Source of the DNA: Callorhinchus milii
Lineage: Eukaryota
Length of the DNA: 64,000 bases
Assembly: GCF_018977255.1 (NCBI RefSeq)
Contig: NW_024704743.1
Span: forward strand, 42,100,001 to 42,164,000
Direction: 5' to 3'
Below, piece after piece: positions 12,830-24,660 of this stretch (its first letter is position 1; each line of letters opens with the position of its first letter). The notes under the pieces were generated by a model. It ran no database searches. It had not been told where the DNA came from and saw only the letters and a program-made list of their open reading frames with translations. The position numbers were made by a program, and so were the translations under genes.

Positions 12830-13660
12830 AATTGCAGGCTGTGTCCTCTGGATTTACTCTTCTGGGCAAGTTGAAACAGCCTGTCATGATCTATATTATC
12901 TAGACCCTTTAGAATCTTAAAGATAGCAATCATATCGCCTCTCAATCTTCTCTTTTCTAGCATGAACATGCCCAATTTATTTAGTCGCTCCTCGTAGTCC
13001 AGTCCTTCCATTCCCTCAATCAATTTGGTTACTCTCCTCTGTATCTTCTCGATTTCTCCAATATCCTTTTTGTACTGCAGTGACCAGAACTCTAAGTATG
13101 GTCTCACCAATAATTCATACGTTGACAGGATTGCCTAACTATGTTGGATTGCTATTGATCTTTTGATACATCCCAAAATCTGGTTTGCTTTACTCACTGC
13201 CACAGAACATTGTTGGGAAAGTTTGAATTCATTGTCAATCAGGACCCCGAGGTCCTTTTCCATACATATTATTTTTCTGCTGTTCAAACAATAGTCTCTT
13301 CCAGGATGTTTGCCCCAAGTGAAGTACTTTACATTTCTTCACATAGAATTTTATCTGCCACCGATCTGTCCAATTCCCAAGTACGTTCAAATCCTCCTGA
13401 AATCTCTCTTGTTCAACTTCACAATCTACCACCTTCACTAGCTTGGTGTCATCTGCAAACTTAGCCATTGTGTTTGTGACTCCTAGTTCCAGATCATTTA
13501 TAAAATTATTAAACAAAAAGAGGCCCCAAAACAGTATTCAGTGATTTTTGAAAGATTTGTGCCAGCGTTTCTGTCTCTTCCTCCCTTAGTTCCTTAAGGA
13601 TTCTCGGATGCAATTTATGCAGTCCCTGATTTAGATAGCTTTTTCTTTAGCTTTTTTTTT
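12830..13660 (-). mobile_element. CR1 LINE ORF2 fragment
   Basis: ORFs 13235-13516 (FINDL...KFADDTKL...[16 protein letters not shown]) and 12817-13110 (VRPYLE...RRLRGDMIAIFKILKG...SRGHSL). Confidence 0.92.
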
Positions 13661-14067
13661 AAACCCAGTTTAGATAGCTGTTTGGCAACCATCCTGGTAG
13701 TGATATGAATAGTGTCGCAACTTTTCTCTGCGACATCTCTGAGTTATAAACTGGGCCAATAGAAAAGTGCAGAAATATTTGCCCAAAATTGCTGGGACAT
13801 TTACAATTTCTGCGGAGGAGTTTTTGACAAATTTTGCAGAAAATGGAGGGTTGATTGGTGGTATTGAGGCACATTTTACTGCCAACTTATATTTTTTCAC
13901 TTCTTTGATAAAAACTAAACATGAGGAAATAACACATATTAGATTGTTGACTGAAATCTTAATTGCTTCTTTAGCAAAAACTGGGTGGACATTTTTCGGC
14001 GGGGGGGGGGAAGGGGTGACACAAGAAAGGCTACAGGAGCTCTCAAGGCCCATCACCGCACAGTGAC

Positions 14068-14260
14068 CCAGAGAGAGAGAAACACACACACTCAGAGACA
14101 CAGAGAGAAACACTCATTCAGAAAGAGACACACACACTCACAGAGAGAGACACACACACACCCACACACTCAGACAGAGACACACACACTCACAGGCACA
14201 CAGAGAGAGAGAGACACACACAGAGAGAGACAGAGAGACACATACTCAGAGACAGAGAGT
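14068..14260. repeat. Compound (GA)n/(CA)n microsatellite
   Basis: Interleaved gagaga and cacaca runs over ~190 bp. Confidence 0.95.
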
Positions 14261-14324
14261 TGAGGGAGTTTGCGGTGAAAGTGCAGCTGCATTTTTCTTT
14301 TGGCCCAGGTTATGTACAACCTTA

Positions 14325-14945
14325 TAATGTTGAGACTTGAGCTGATATTTTTGACTAAGTGTTAGACTGCAGTACTAGCGAGTGCTGAATTGTCAGAGGT
14401 GACATTTTTTGGATGAGATGTTAAATTGAGGTTTCTTCCACCTTTTATGGACACCAAACAAAATCATAATCCGTGACTGTTTGGCTGCTGTGTTTCGCCC
14501 ACAAATATACAGTCAATTCATTTTACAGTATTTTACAGGGTGGTGAATGTATGGAACTCACTACCCCAAAGGGCTGTTGACGCTCAATCCTTGAACATAT
14601 TCAAGACTGAGATAGATAGAGTTCTTATTGCAAAAGGGATTAAGGGATATGGGGATAAGGCAGGGTCAAGTTATTAGCTGGAGTTAGATTAGAAGATCAG
14701 CTATGATTGAATGGTGGGGCAGGCTCGAAGGGCCGAATGGCTTACTCCTGCTCCTACATGTTATGTTATGTTATGTATGTTATGTTATGTATATAAATGG
14801 TCATTCAATCCACGACTGATTGCGGGCCACTACCGTGTGCAATTGATGAGATGTTAAAACTAAGGCCCTGTCTACCTGTTCAAATGGACATTAAATAACC
14901 CATGGCACTCTTTGAAAAGAGTAAGGAATTTCTCTCGTTGTTCTG
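14325..14945 (+). mobile_element. Deu-domain SINE fragments flanking a CR1 3' end
   Basis: tgtcagaggtgacattttttggatgagatgttaaa at ~14390 and gatgagatgttaaaac...ccatggcactctttgaa at ~14845. Confidence 0.65.
14535..14790 (+). mobile_element. CR1 LINE 3' end with (TATGT)n tail
   Basis: RVVNVWNSLPQRAV...FKTEIDRVL, then gggccgaatggcttactcctgctcc and tatgt repeats. Confidence 0.88.
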
Positions 14946-15586
14946 ATATCTCTTAATCCTTGGGTGTTGTGTTCTTTCTTCTGCACTATTTGTTTTGTCA
15001 CTTGCTTTGTCCTCTGGCCAAGCTAGTCCATGAGCAGACCTTGTTGAGTGACGCTGCTTTTGGTCTGTTCAGACAAACAAGTCAGCCTGCTGAGCGGCAA
15101 TCCCTTTTGGGCATGCTGGGCCATTCCTGAGCCTCTTGAAAACCCTCTAAACAATTCTGTCTCTCAATGGTCATTTATACAGCAGAGTTTGCATCTGTTC
15201 AATATGATCTTCACAGCACACTGCAGCATATACTGTAGTACAATTGCAATTTTAGGTATGTAATTCAGGTTAAGACGAGCAGAGATAAAGTAGCTCCAGG
15301 AGACTCCAGTCTCAGAATACAACCAGCGAAAACCAAATACGCTAAACTTAAAATTTCAATTTTCAGAAAGGTTGAGAGGTAGCCCGTTGGATAGCCTTTA
15401 TACTAGTGATGTTGATGAAGAGCTCAAACATCTCCAATACTGTATTAAAAATAAATTCATATTCAGAACCATCCTGCGAGCTTAAACATAACTCATGCAG
15501 TTTTGAAGTTGATAACAATGTCACCGAAGATGTCAAATGAAACTATACTTTTAAAAAATGTATTACAGTTATTTATAAATATAAGG

Positions 15587-16988
15587 GAACAACAACAACA
15601 AGATTCCATTTATAGAGCACCTTTCACGTCGGGAGGACGTCCCAAGGCGCTGTACAGTTGTGTCAGGACCCGAGCAGGGGGGAAATGGTCAGGGTGAGGG
15701 GAGGGAAGGGAGGGAGCGATGAGGGGGTAGAGAGTCGAGAGGGGAGCCAAAGGTACGGTCAAAGAGAAAGGTCTTGAGAAAAGGGAGGAAGCAAGGCGAA
15801 GGCACTGGGGGATAGAGTCCCAGAGCCTAGGGGCTGAGAGGCTGAAGGCCCGGCCACTGATGGTAGGGCGGTTGGGGCGGGGGATGTAGAGCAGACCGGA
15901 GCCAGAGGAACGGAGGGTACGGGCAGGTAGGTAGGGGGATAGTAGGTCAGAGAGGTAGGAGGGAGCGAGGCCGTGAATGGCCTTGTAGGTGAGGATGAGG
16001 ATCTTGAAATCGATCCTCTGGGGGATGGGGAGCCAGTGGAGGCGAGCGAGGGTGGGAGTGATGTGGTCGCAAAGTTAGGTGCGGGACAGTACACGAGCTG
16101 CAGAGTTCTGAATGACCTGCAGCTTGTGGAGGGAGGTGCCGGGAAGGCCGGCGAGGAGAGAGTTCCCATAGTCCAGCCTTGAGGTGATAAAGGCGTGGAC
16201 CAGAGTTTCAGCAGCGTGAGGGGTGAGGTAGTGCCGTAGTCTGGCAATATTCCGGAGGTGGTGGAAGGCGGTGCCAGTTGTGGCACGGATATGAGGGAGA
16301 AAGGACAGCTCACGGTCGAACAGAACCCCGAGGTTCCTGACCGGCTTTGAGAGGTGGAGAGTACAGCCTTGGATGCTGATGCTGTCAGTACCTGAGGTGC
16401 GGAGGCGCTGACGTGAGCCAATCAGGAGGGCCTCAGTTTTACGCACGTTGAGCTGAAGAAAGTTGTCTCTCGTCCAGGACTCGATGTCGGACAGGCAGGC
16501 TGTCAGGACATCGGTGGACTTGGAGTTGAGTGTAGAGGAGGATAGGTAGAGTCGGGTGTCATCCGCATACATGTGGAAGTTAACCCCATGTCTGCGGATG
16601 ATGTCACCAAGGGGGAGCATATAGAGGGTGAAGAGGAGGGGACCGAGGACAGAGTCCTGAGGGACACCGCACGAGACAGTGCGGGGGCTGGAGGTAAAGC
16701 CGTTTGTGTACACAAAATGAAGACGATGGGAGAGGTACGACCTAAACCACTCAAGGACAGGGCCTTGAAGGTTGAGGTGGGAGGACAAGTGGTGGAGGAG
16801 GATAGCGTGGTCGACCGTATTGAATGCAGCCGGTAGGTCGAGGAGGACGAGGAGGCAGAGGGAGCCCTTGTCGCAGATGGTCTGGATGTCATTGGTGACC
16901 TGGACCAGGGCAGTTTCTGTGCTATGGGCAGCACGGAAACCAGACTGAAGGGGTTCGAATAATGAATGGGTGGAGAGGAAAGAGCGCA
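15587..16988 (-). mobile_element. 5'-truncated L2 LINE, least decayed copy in the window
   Basis: 319-aa ORF 16075-17034 has [48 protein letters not shown] and LQLN..KTE. Intact stem-loop, (TTG)n tail and many retained CpGs. Confidence 0.97.
16075..16988 (-). pseudogene. L2 ORF2 reverse transcriptase remnant
   Basis: RT motifs including YADD, but no endonuclease. An in-frame stop at 16075 precedes the LHWLP C-terminal segment. Confidence 0.85.
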
Positions 16989-17991
16989 GAACAAATTTGG
17001 GAAACAATAGCAACAGATACAAGACAAGGAGCACTTGGAGCAGAATGATAATTCAACTCATTGAATTGCTATTGTGCATGTGGATTAATTACTCCAGAGC
17101 TCACTAATTGCCATGCTGGGCCAGCATGTTAATTAACAGTTTAATATTAACCAGTCTTCTGTTTCCTTAGATATTTTCCACATTATCTCAAAAGCTTTGA
17201 CGCTAGAATTGAATGAAGGAGCTTGCAAACACCGAAGAAGATAAAGGTAAGATACAAAGGGGGAATACACAACAGGAAACCTACACAGGGGGCATGAATT
17301 ATGATTTCAGTGAACTCAACAAAAAGTAAAAACAAAAGAAATAAGAGCTAAAGGCTTAAAGATGACAGCACAGAAACTAAAATAGCAAAATAGATTAAAG
17401 GAGAAAGCCAAGGGAAAAAAGCAATGAATAAATATAGGATATTGATGCTGTTTCACGTTTTATTAACATCCTTTGGTTTTATAAAGTAGGCCTATTTTTT
17501 CTCCTGTTTCCACATTCTGTTTTCTCTGTATAATTTTCCATCCTCTTTTTAATAAAAAATCTATTTGTATCTTGGGGCTTGATTTTTTTGCCATCAACTT
17601 ATCCCATTTCTAAGCTAAACATGTGAAATTAAAATTTTACATTAGCTTTAAAACTGTTTTAATAACCAATAAAATATAGGGCTATGTGACTTTCTATAAT
17701 AGATTTGATGCTTGGAAACATTGGTCGAATAGCTGAGATTCAGGATTTCCTGCCCTTTGCAGAGAATGGCATTTTAGTTCACTTCTAATTTTGAAGTTGG
17801 TTTTCTGTAAGCTTATTTTAATAACCCCAGAAAACAGGCTTCAGAGTTAAAACTGAATGCAATAATTTATCAAATTCTGTACGCTCTGAAATGCTACATT
17901 AACAAACATTAACAGAGTGTATCCAGGTGAAATTTTACCTCACAAATCTGTTATGAAGTATTCATGAATCACTGTTATGAAATATTTCAAA

Positions 17992-18048
17992 GAGGTTTTA
18001 CCAATCTTTGCAAGTGAAATATGAACTTGCAAAGATTGGTAAAACCTC
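17992..18048. repeat. Perfect inverted repeat, 24-bp arms, 9-nt spacer
   Basis: gaggttttaccaatctttgcaagt-gaaatatga-acttgcaaagattggtaaaacctc. Confidence 0.97.
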
Positions 18049-18189
18049 GAATCGGGTTGAGGAGAGGATATTTTTTTATTGATTCTTGGCCAGATACTGA
18101 CTTTAAAATTTAAGTTAAAAAAATCAATTCGAGAAATTAGGAATCATAAAGAGCTTCCCTCGCTGTATCAAAATCATAGCTGACAGCAA

Positions 18190-18320
18190 ATGCAGGACAC
18201 TGGAGTCATTTAAAAAGCAGCTTGATGCTGTGATGGGAAGAAGGTAGGGTAGGTATTCTAGGAGGATGTGACTAAATGGGCCGAAAGGCCTTTTTCATCC
18301 AAAACAATCCTGTGCAAGGA
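18190..18320 (+). mobile_element. CR1 3' end fragment
   Basis: catttaaaaagcagcttga...gggccgaaaggcctttttc, similar to 3620-3700. Confidence 0.6.
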
Positions 18321-18603
18321 TTCATCTTATTATTATTTTATTATTCTTATATTATTTGATTCACAAGATAATTATAATCTTTACATTTAATATAGCGCCT
18401 TTCACACCAGGGGATATTTCAAGCGTTTCACAGAATTTACTGTAAAGTCTAGTGACTGTGCTTTACAGGTGAACATGAAGATTTGAGCAGTTTGGCTGGA
18501 AAAACCCTTCCCTGGTAGTCAGGAATTGAAGGGAGTGTTCAGTCGCCAACCGACATTAAGCATGCTCTGTTCTTCTGATAATCTACTTTACTAATTCAAA
18601 AGT

Positions 18604-19249
18604 GGAGCCCTGTAGCTCAGTGGTTACAGCACTCGTTTTCCAAGCGAGAGATCTGAGTTCAATCCTTGGGCGAAACTTTGGGCAAGTTTCCTTACTCCAC
18701 ACGCCTCATAATAATCCCTCCAAAACCAAAAACAATAATAAATTGGTCATTTTCAATCTACGACTGTTTGTGGGACATTGCTTTGCGCAATTGGCTGCCG
18801 CGTTCGCCCACAAATATACAGTCAATTAATAATAATAATAATAATAATAATAATCCTTGCATTTGATATAGCGCTTTTCACGTCGGGAGGACGTCCCAAA
18901 GCGCTTCACAGAAGACACTGTAAAGTGAATTGACTGTATATTTGTGGGCGAACGCGGCAGCCAATTGCGCACAGCAATGTCCCACAAACAGTCGTAGATT
19001 GAAAATGATCAATTTTAATTATTGTTTTTGGTTTTTGGAGGGATTATTATTAGGCGTGTGGAGTAAGGAAACTTGCCCAAGGTTTCGCCCTGCCTGGAAT
19101 TGAACTCAGGTCTCTCACTTGCAAAGCGAGTGCTCTAACCACTGAGCTACAGGACTCCACTTTATTCACTTTACAGTATATTCTGTGAAGCGCTTTGGGA
19201 CGTCTAGAAGACGTGAAAAGCGCTATATCAAATGCAAGGATTATTATTA
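18604..19249 (+). mobile_element. tRNA-derived SINE (short form), split into 18604-18827 and 19164-19249 by a nested copy
   Basis: A-box tagctcagtgg and B-box gagttcaatcc. The two parts join as cagtcaatt|cactttacag, matching the uninterrupted copy at 46290. Confidence 0.93.
18828..19158 (-). mobile_element. Full-length tRNA-derived SINE (short form), nested
   Basis: Reverse complement starts ggagtcctgtagctcagtggttagagcactcg and ends aatgcaagga(tta)n. Confidence 0.95.
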
Positions 19250-20544
19250 AAGAAGGCATAAAGATATAAAAGTCTAGATTTGTTGGTGCCTGTCTACTAC
19301 ATTTGTTCTCCATTCTAATTAGTTGTCTAAATTAGTAATTCACTCTGAAGTGCCTTTTCTTCCCTTTCTTCCTTTTTCCTATTCTCCCAATGACCTATTT
19401 TCCTTTTATAAAAATATTAATTTCACTTTATTAAATCTAACCTGAAATCACCCAATCTTTTAAATACATTTATATGGCTGGGGAACAGGACATTGGCCCC
19501 ACTCTGTGTCTGTGTTTAAACTGCACACAAACCTCCACCCCTCCAATTCTCCTCACCTATACACTTCTATTCACTTTTCCCTGCCGTATGTATACATCTC
19601 TTAAATGCACTAATAATTCAAAACCAACAATGCAATAATTCATTTTGTTTTTCTTATTAAAAAATGATGATTCGCTTATAACACTCATCCTTTTCCTTCC
19701 TCCTTCTGAATTCCACCCTTCAGCTTTTTGGTGGGCACATGTTTAGAAAATAGTGATTTATTAGCTAAAAACTGGCTTTGAAGGCTTTTTTATTTCAACC
19801 ATTCGACAGCTAGGAAGTTGTAGAGCGTCGTGTCTGAAGCATAGATGCAAACAGGTCAATCTTAGTTGAATATTACATATTTAAATGGAGAAAAGGCTCG
19901 TAAATGAATGCACACGTTGGCAGCCTCTTCAGTCAAACAGCATGTGAACAAGCTAACATTTCTATGGAGCTGGAAGAGTTAATAATTGATTTGTTACGCT
20001 ACACACCGCAAGTCTGGATAGCCAAGTTGTGAGGGGTATTTCTGTTATTTTAATTTCTTCCTTTGCAGAATTTATTGCGGTTTGAGAACTGTGACAGACC
20101 CGGGCAGTCCCTCTGTCTCTTCCACCTCCGCTGTAAAACATCGTAAAAAATATTACATACGCAACAACAAATATCTGAGACTGTAACACAGCAGTAATCT
20201 CATTGAGAACTGTGAGAGCAAAGTTTGATTGATTTATAATGTCATCCAACCCCTGAGATGAGATTACAGTCTTGAAATTGCTTCCATCTGTGCATTATTT
20301 TTATAATATAACCTGTAGAATTAATGACAGTGGTTTCATTCCACATTGACTCCATTTTTCCTGCTAGTGCTGCAGTCACAGTCATCGCACTTTGTAGAAT
20401 TGACATCTGACGACATACATGTTTAATGATCGTGGCGTTTTAACTGCCGGTTTAACAAATGGCAATATGTGCGCATTACTGCTGGGAATAACAGAGTCGA
20501 TATAGATTTTAGATTTCATGACTGATCCATCTTAAGAGATGTCA

Positions 20545-20790
20545 ATGCTGGAGATTGGAACATTTTTGGAGCACCCATTGCAAAACTCACAAACTTCAGA
20601 GCAACATACAAAGGGAGCATTATGCTCCCACTCTCTGGAACTCCACTCAGAATCCCTCAGAATTGCTCTCTCTCTCTCTCTCTATCTCTGTCTCTCTATC
20701 TCTCTTCGCTCTCCACTTTGAAAATACATCTCAATAGTGAAGAGCATTTTCCACCTTTACTGACGTGAGTTATTTCATTTTTCACAATGT
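20545..20790 (+). mobile_element. Old L2 3' fragment with internal (CT)n expansion
   Basis: Encodes HYAPTLWNS (cf. APxLWNSLP); ct repeat at ~20666-20706. Confidence 0.5.
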
Positions 20791-23459
20791 TATTTGGTCA
20801 ACCAGGTGACTGACAGATGCCAAAAAAAACCACCTTAAGAGTTATCTAACCAAACAGAATTCCATGCACCTCGTCTACAAATGGAAATTCCTGAGTTTGC
20901 AATGGAATGAGCATTCTCTCCCAGGAGTCGCACATCCTGTTTATTTAGTGCCCACTAGGAATTAGGCTGAAATTGCTTAAACTCAATTCACACAAAACTG
21001 ACAGTTGGCAAAGTGAGGAAAGATCACTTTGTGGTTCTGAATTGGATCTAAAACCAGGGCTTGGAAGTGAAAGAACAGTGCAGCAACCAGCTACTCCATC
21101 CAGTACAGTGCACCCTCAAATATCCACATTTATTGCAGCCACAATTTTTACTTTGTTTCCAAATAAATACTATGGGATTACAATTTATAGTATTTGAATA
21201 ACTAATCATCTTAATTAATGATAGATTATTTGATAACTGTGTATCCCTCCCAGTTGGTGGTCTTATCCTTTTTCAGATCCAGCATCCACCATTATTTTGA
21301 AGTGAGCATGAATACTATTGTGAATTGTAGGCCCAGGAGCAGATTTTTTTAGCTTAATATTTTCTAGGGTTGATTTTCCTCAGGAGAGACAAAATCTATG
21401 CTGTCACAGCTAAATCCTACCTTTTCACCAATCAGAACCGAATAAGTTTTGACTGGGGAGTTTAAGGATTGAAATTGATCAATAGCACATTCACTCCACA
21501 GATCAGCAGATCCTTGTCAAATCAACCCTCTCCAAAATGTTCTAAACATTACTTACAAATATGATTCAAATGCTGGTTCTAAAAAAAGGAGAGACCACTT
21601 ACTGGGTGGGGTACACTGCCATCAAGCAGCCTTTAATTAATGACGACAATAGTTATCAAACGCATCAAAGTTTATTCAATATTTTCAATTACTTTTCAGC
21701 TTTAAAATGGTCATTAAAGATGTTTATGTGGTTCAATGCTTTAAATGGAATTTAAAAACCTGTTAAGTCTGCTTTTCAGTTTTGGGTCTCTTATTGAACA
21801 ATTTCAATGTATTAGTTTCAGTGAATGAATAGGAACTACAACTGATAATGATTTAATTGCAATGAATTAAACATAGTATTCCAGTACATTGTTAAATATG
21901 CTGATATGTGGCGTGAATGTGCTATTGATCAATTTCAATTAATGAATGATTAGGATGAAAAAATTGATGTTTCTTAACAGATTCAAAGTTATGTATAATT
22001 GTCACATTGGACTGTTATGAAATGTTTCACCCCATTGTTACAAGAGATCACACAATTTAAACACATTTGATTGAACTGAACATTTTGTACCTTGTTAATT
22101 TTGCTTCTCTTTTGAGTGTCTGTGCTGAGCTATTGATCAGCAGCCTAAGATTCAGTATACTAACCTGTTGGGTAATTCATTGTAATGAGATGACTGGTAT
22201 AAGCTCTTTGTTCACAGTTACTAAGCTGTTCTACATCATTCAAGGGTTCACACACACTTCCCTTGATAGAACATTTCCCTCAATCCAATACTATTTGTCC
22301 TTTGTTCCATGGTTAGAAAACTGTTACATGAGCTGTATATACTACATTTTGATAATTTGATTCACTCAAACTCAAAAATTTCAATAACTTTAAATCCTTA
22401 CACACAATGAACATGCTCTCCACTTGAGTTGGTACTTAATAATTAGCACTTAGAAAAAACGCTTCAGATGTTGACATTTATATTTTTAATATAATTTTCA
22501 ACATTGTGGATGATTCACAGAATTATATAATACAAGTGGCTCAAAGAAAAGCAATGCTTTTGCCTTGTCCTTATTTCCCAAATCAATTCTCAATTTATTG
22601 TACAGGTTATAGACGTACAACACTCACACCTGATTCCTCATACGTTGCAAGATAATTTTGGAAGAGTTATTACTCAGACAAATATAGCAACCTTCCAGTC
22701 TTCTTGAGCAAACATTTATTTCATTTTCCGACACCATACCATGATGCTGATATAAATATTACTAAGTAACATTGAATAATAGAACAAAAGGCCTTATGGT
22801 TCATCATTTCTGTGTTAGAAGTTTTCTTCACATGAGCTGCTTAGTCTAATCCCACCATCAAGCTGACTGTCATTACCCCTTGATATTCTGTTTTTCAAAC
22901 ATATGTTTAATTAAATTTTTAAATATTTGTAGACTCTGCTTCCACAATGATCAGGAGTAGCTTTATTATTGCAATAATTATTAACCATCCACAAAACACC
23001 AGCATGTTGGGACGTCCTCCTGACATGAAAGGCACTATACAAATGTAATTTGATGTTGTTGAATAAACTACAACTAATATTAAGGCCTTCTTCTGCTCCA
23101 CAAATTCATATTCTATTCTATTCATAATACTATTCATATTCTATTCATAATACTAAAGCTAGGCTACAGGTCAGCTTTGCAGGTGAAAAATGATCAGCTG
23201 AATGAGTGGCCATTTCAGTGAGTGGTCAGTTAGGTGAGTGGCCAGTTGGGTGAGCGGCCAAAAGATTGGAAATGATACATGAGCAAGTCATAATTATCCA
23301 TGGTGTGTTCACAGTCAGCAACATTTTCTCCCACAGATCACTCACTGTCCTCATCTACAACAACAACTTGCACTAATATAGTGCACTTCACGCAAGGCAA
23401 CATCTTGGATTTCTTACAGTACAAATACAATAAATGCAATTCACAAAATATTCTTTAGT

Positions 23460-24660
23460 AGGAGGGTATAACTGCTGTCATCACACCCCTCCTCAAAAAG
23501 CCTACTCTCGATCCCTCTAATCTATCACATTACCATCCCGTTTCCAATATACTCTTCCTTGCCCAAGTCCTGCAATGCATTGTTGCAGGTCAACTTCGGT
23601 CACACCTCTCCCTCAACTTCTTCCTCGATCCCCTGCAGTCTGGTTTTCAATCTGCCCACAGCACAGAGATAGTGCTTGTCAAAGTCACAAATGAGATCCT
23701 CTCTATCTGTGACCAGGGCTTCCTCTGCCTCCTCGTCCTCCTGGATCTCTCAATTGCATTTAACACAGTCGAACATGCCATCCTCCTCCACTGCCTCTCC
23801 TCCCTCATCCACCTTAGTGAGTCCATAATCACATAGTTCAAGTCGTACTTAACCAACTGCCTCCATTTCATCTTGGCAAATGGTTTCTCCTCCCGGCCCC
23901 ACTTGATCACCTGCAGGGTAACCCAGGGCTCCATCTTTGGTCCTCTTCTTTTCCTAATCTATATGCTCCCTCTGGACGATGTCATCCTCAAATATGCGGT
24001 AAACTTCCACATGTATGGGGATAACACACAGATCTATTTTGCTTTCTCCAGTATCGTATCCATGTCCACCAATGTTCTATCAGCTTCTCTGGCAGGCATC
24101 AGGGACTGGATGATGCATATCTAAACTCCTTAACCTTGTTTGGGGGTCTCCTTCAGACTCACAGAACCAGTGCGCAATCTAGGCATCCGGTTCAAACCCC
24201 AGCTGTCCTTCCTACCCCACATCCAGTCCCTGACCAGGACTGTCTTCCTCCACCTCCGCCACATTGCATGCCTCTGACTGCACCTTTCCCCAAATGCAGC
24301 CGAAACCCTCGTGCGTGTGTTTGTCACCTCCCGCCTTGATTACTCAAACACACTCCTTGCCGGTCTCCCCAGCTCCACTATTCAAAAAATCCAGCTCATT
24401 CAGAAATCTGCTGTCTGCATACTTATCTGACCCAAAATCCATACCCCCATCACACCAGTTCTGGCCAGGCTCCACTGGCTCCCCATTACTCAACAGATCA
24501 ATTTCAAGATCCTCACACTTGTGTTCAAATCCCTTCACTCTCTGGCACCTCCCTACCTCTCAAGCCTCCTCACTCCCCAATCCAACCCCCGGCACCAATG
24601 ATCGACTGGCTCTGGCCTCCTGTTTGTCCCTCGCACCCTCCGCTCCACCAATGGAGGTCA
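23460..24660 (+). mobile_element. L2 LINE RT fragment
   Basis: AVITPLLKK...QSGF.SAHSTE...VTQGSIFGPLLFLIYMLPL...NFHMYGDNTQIY...LARLHWLP, with frameshifts. Confidence 0.92.

Noticed and set aside
13985..14263. 92-aa R/E/T/H-rich ORF
   Set aside because: It is a translation of the GA/CA microsatellite.
18604..18680. tRNA gene calls for the tagctcagtgg...gttcaatcc heads (also 19085-19158, 26363, 42345, 46290)
   Set aside because: They run directly into SINE bodies and are divergent; they are SINE heads, not tRNA genes.
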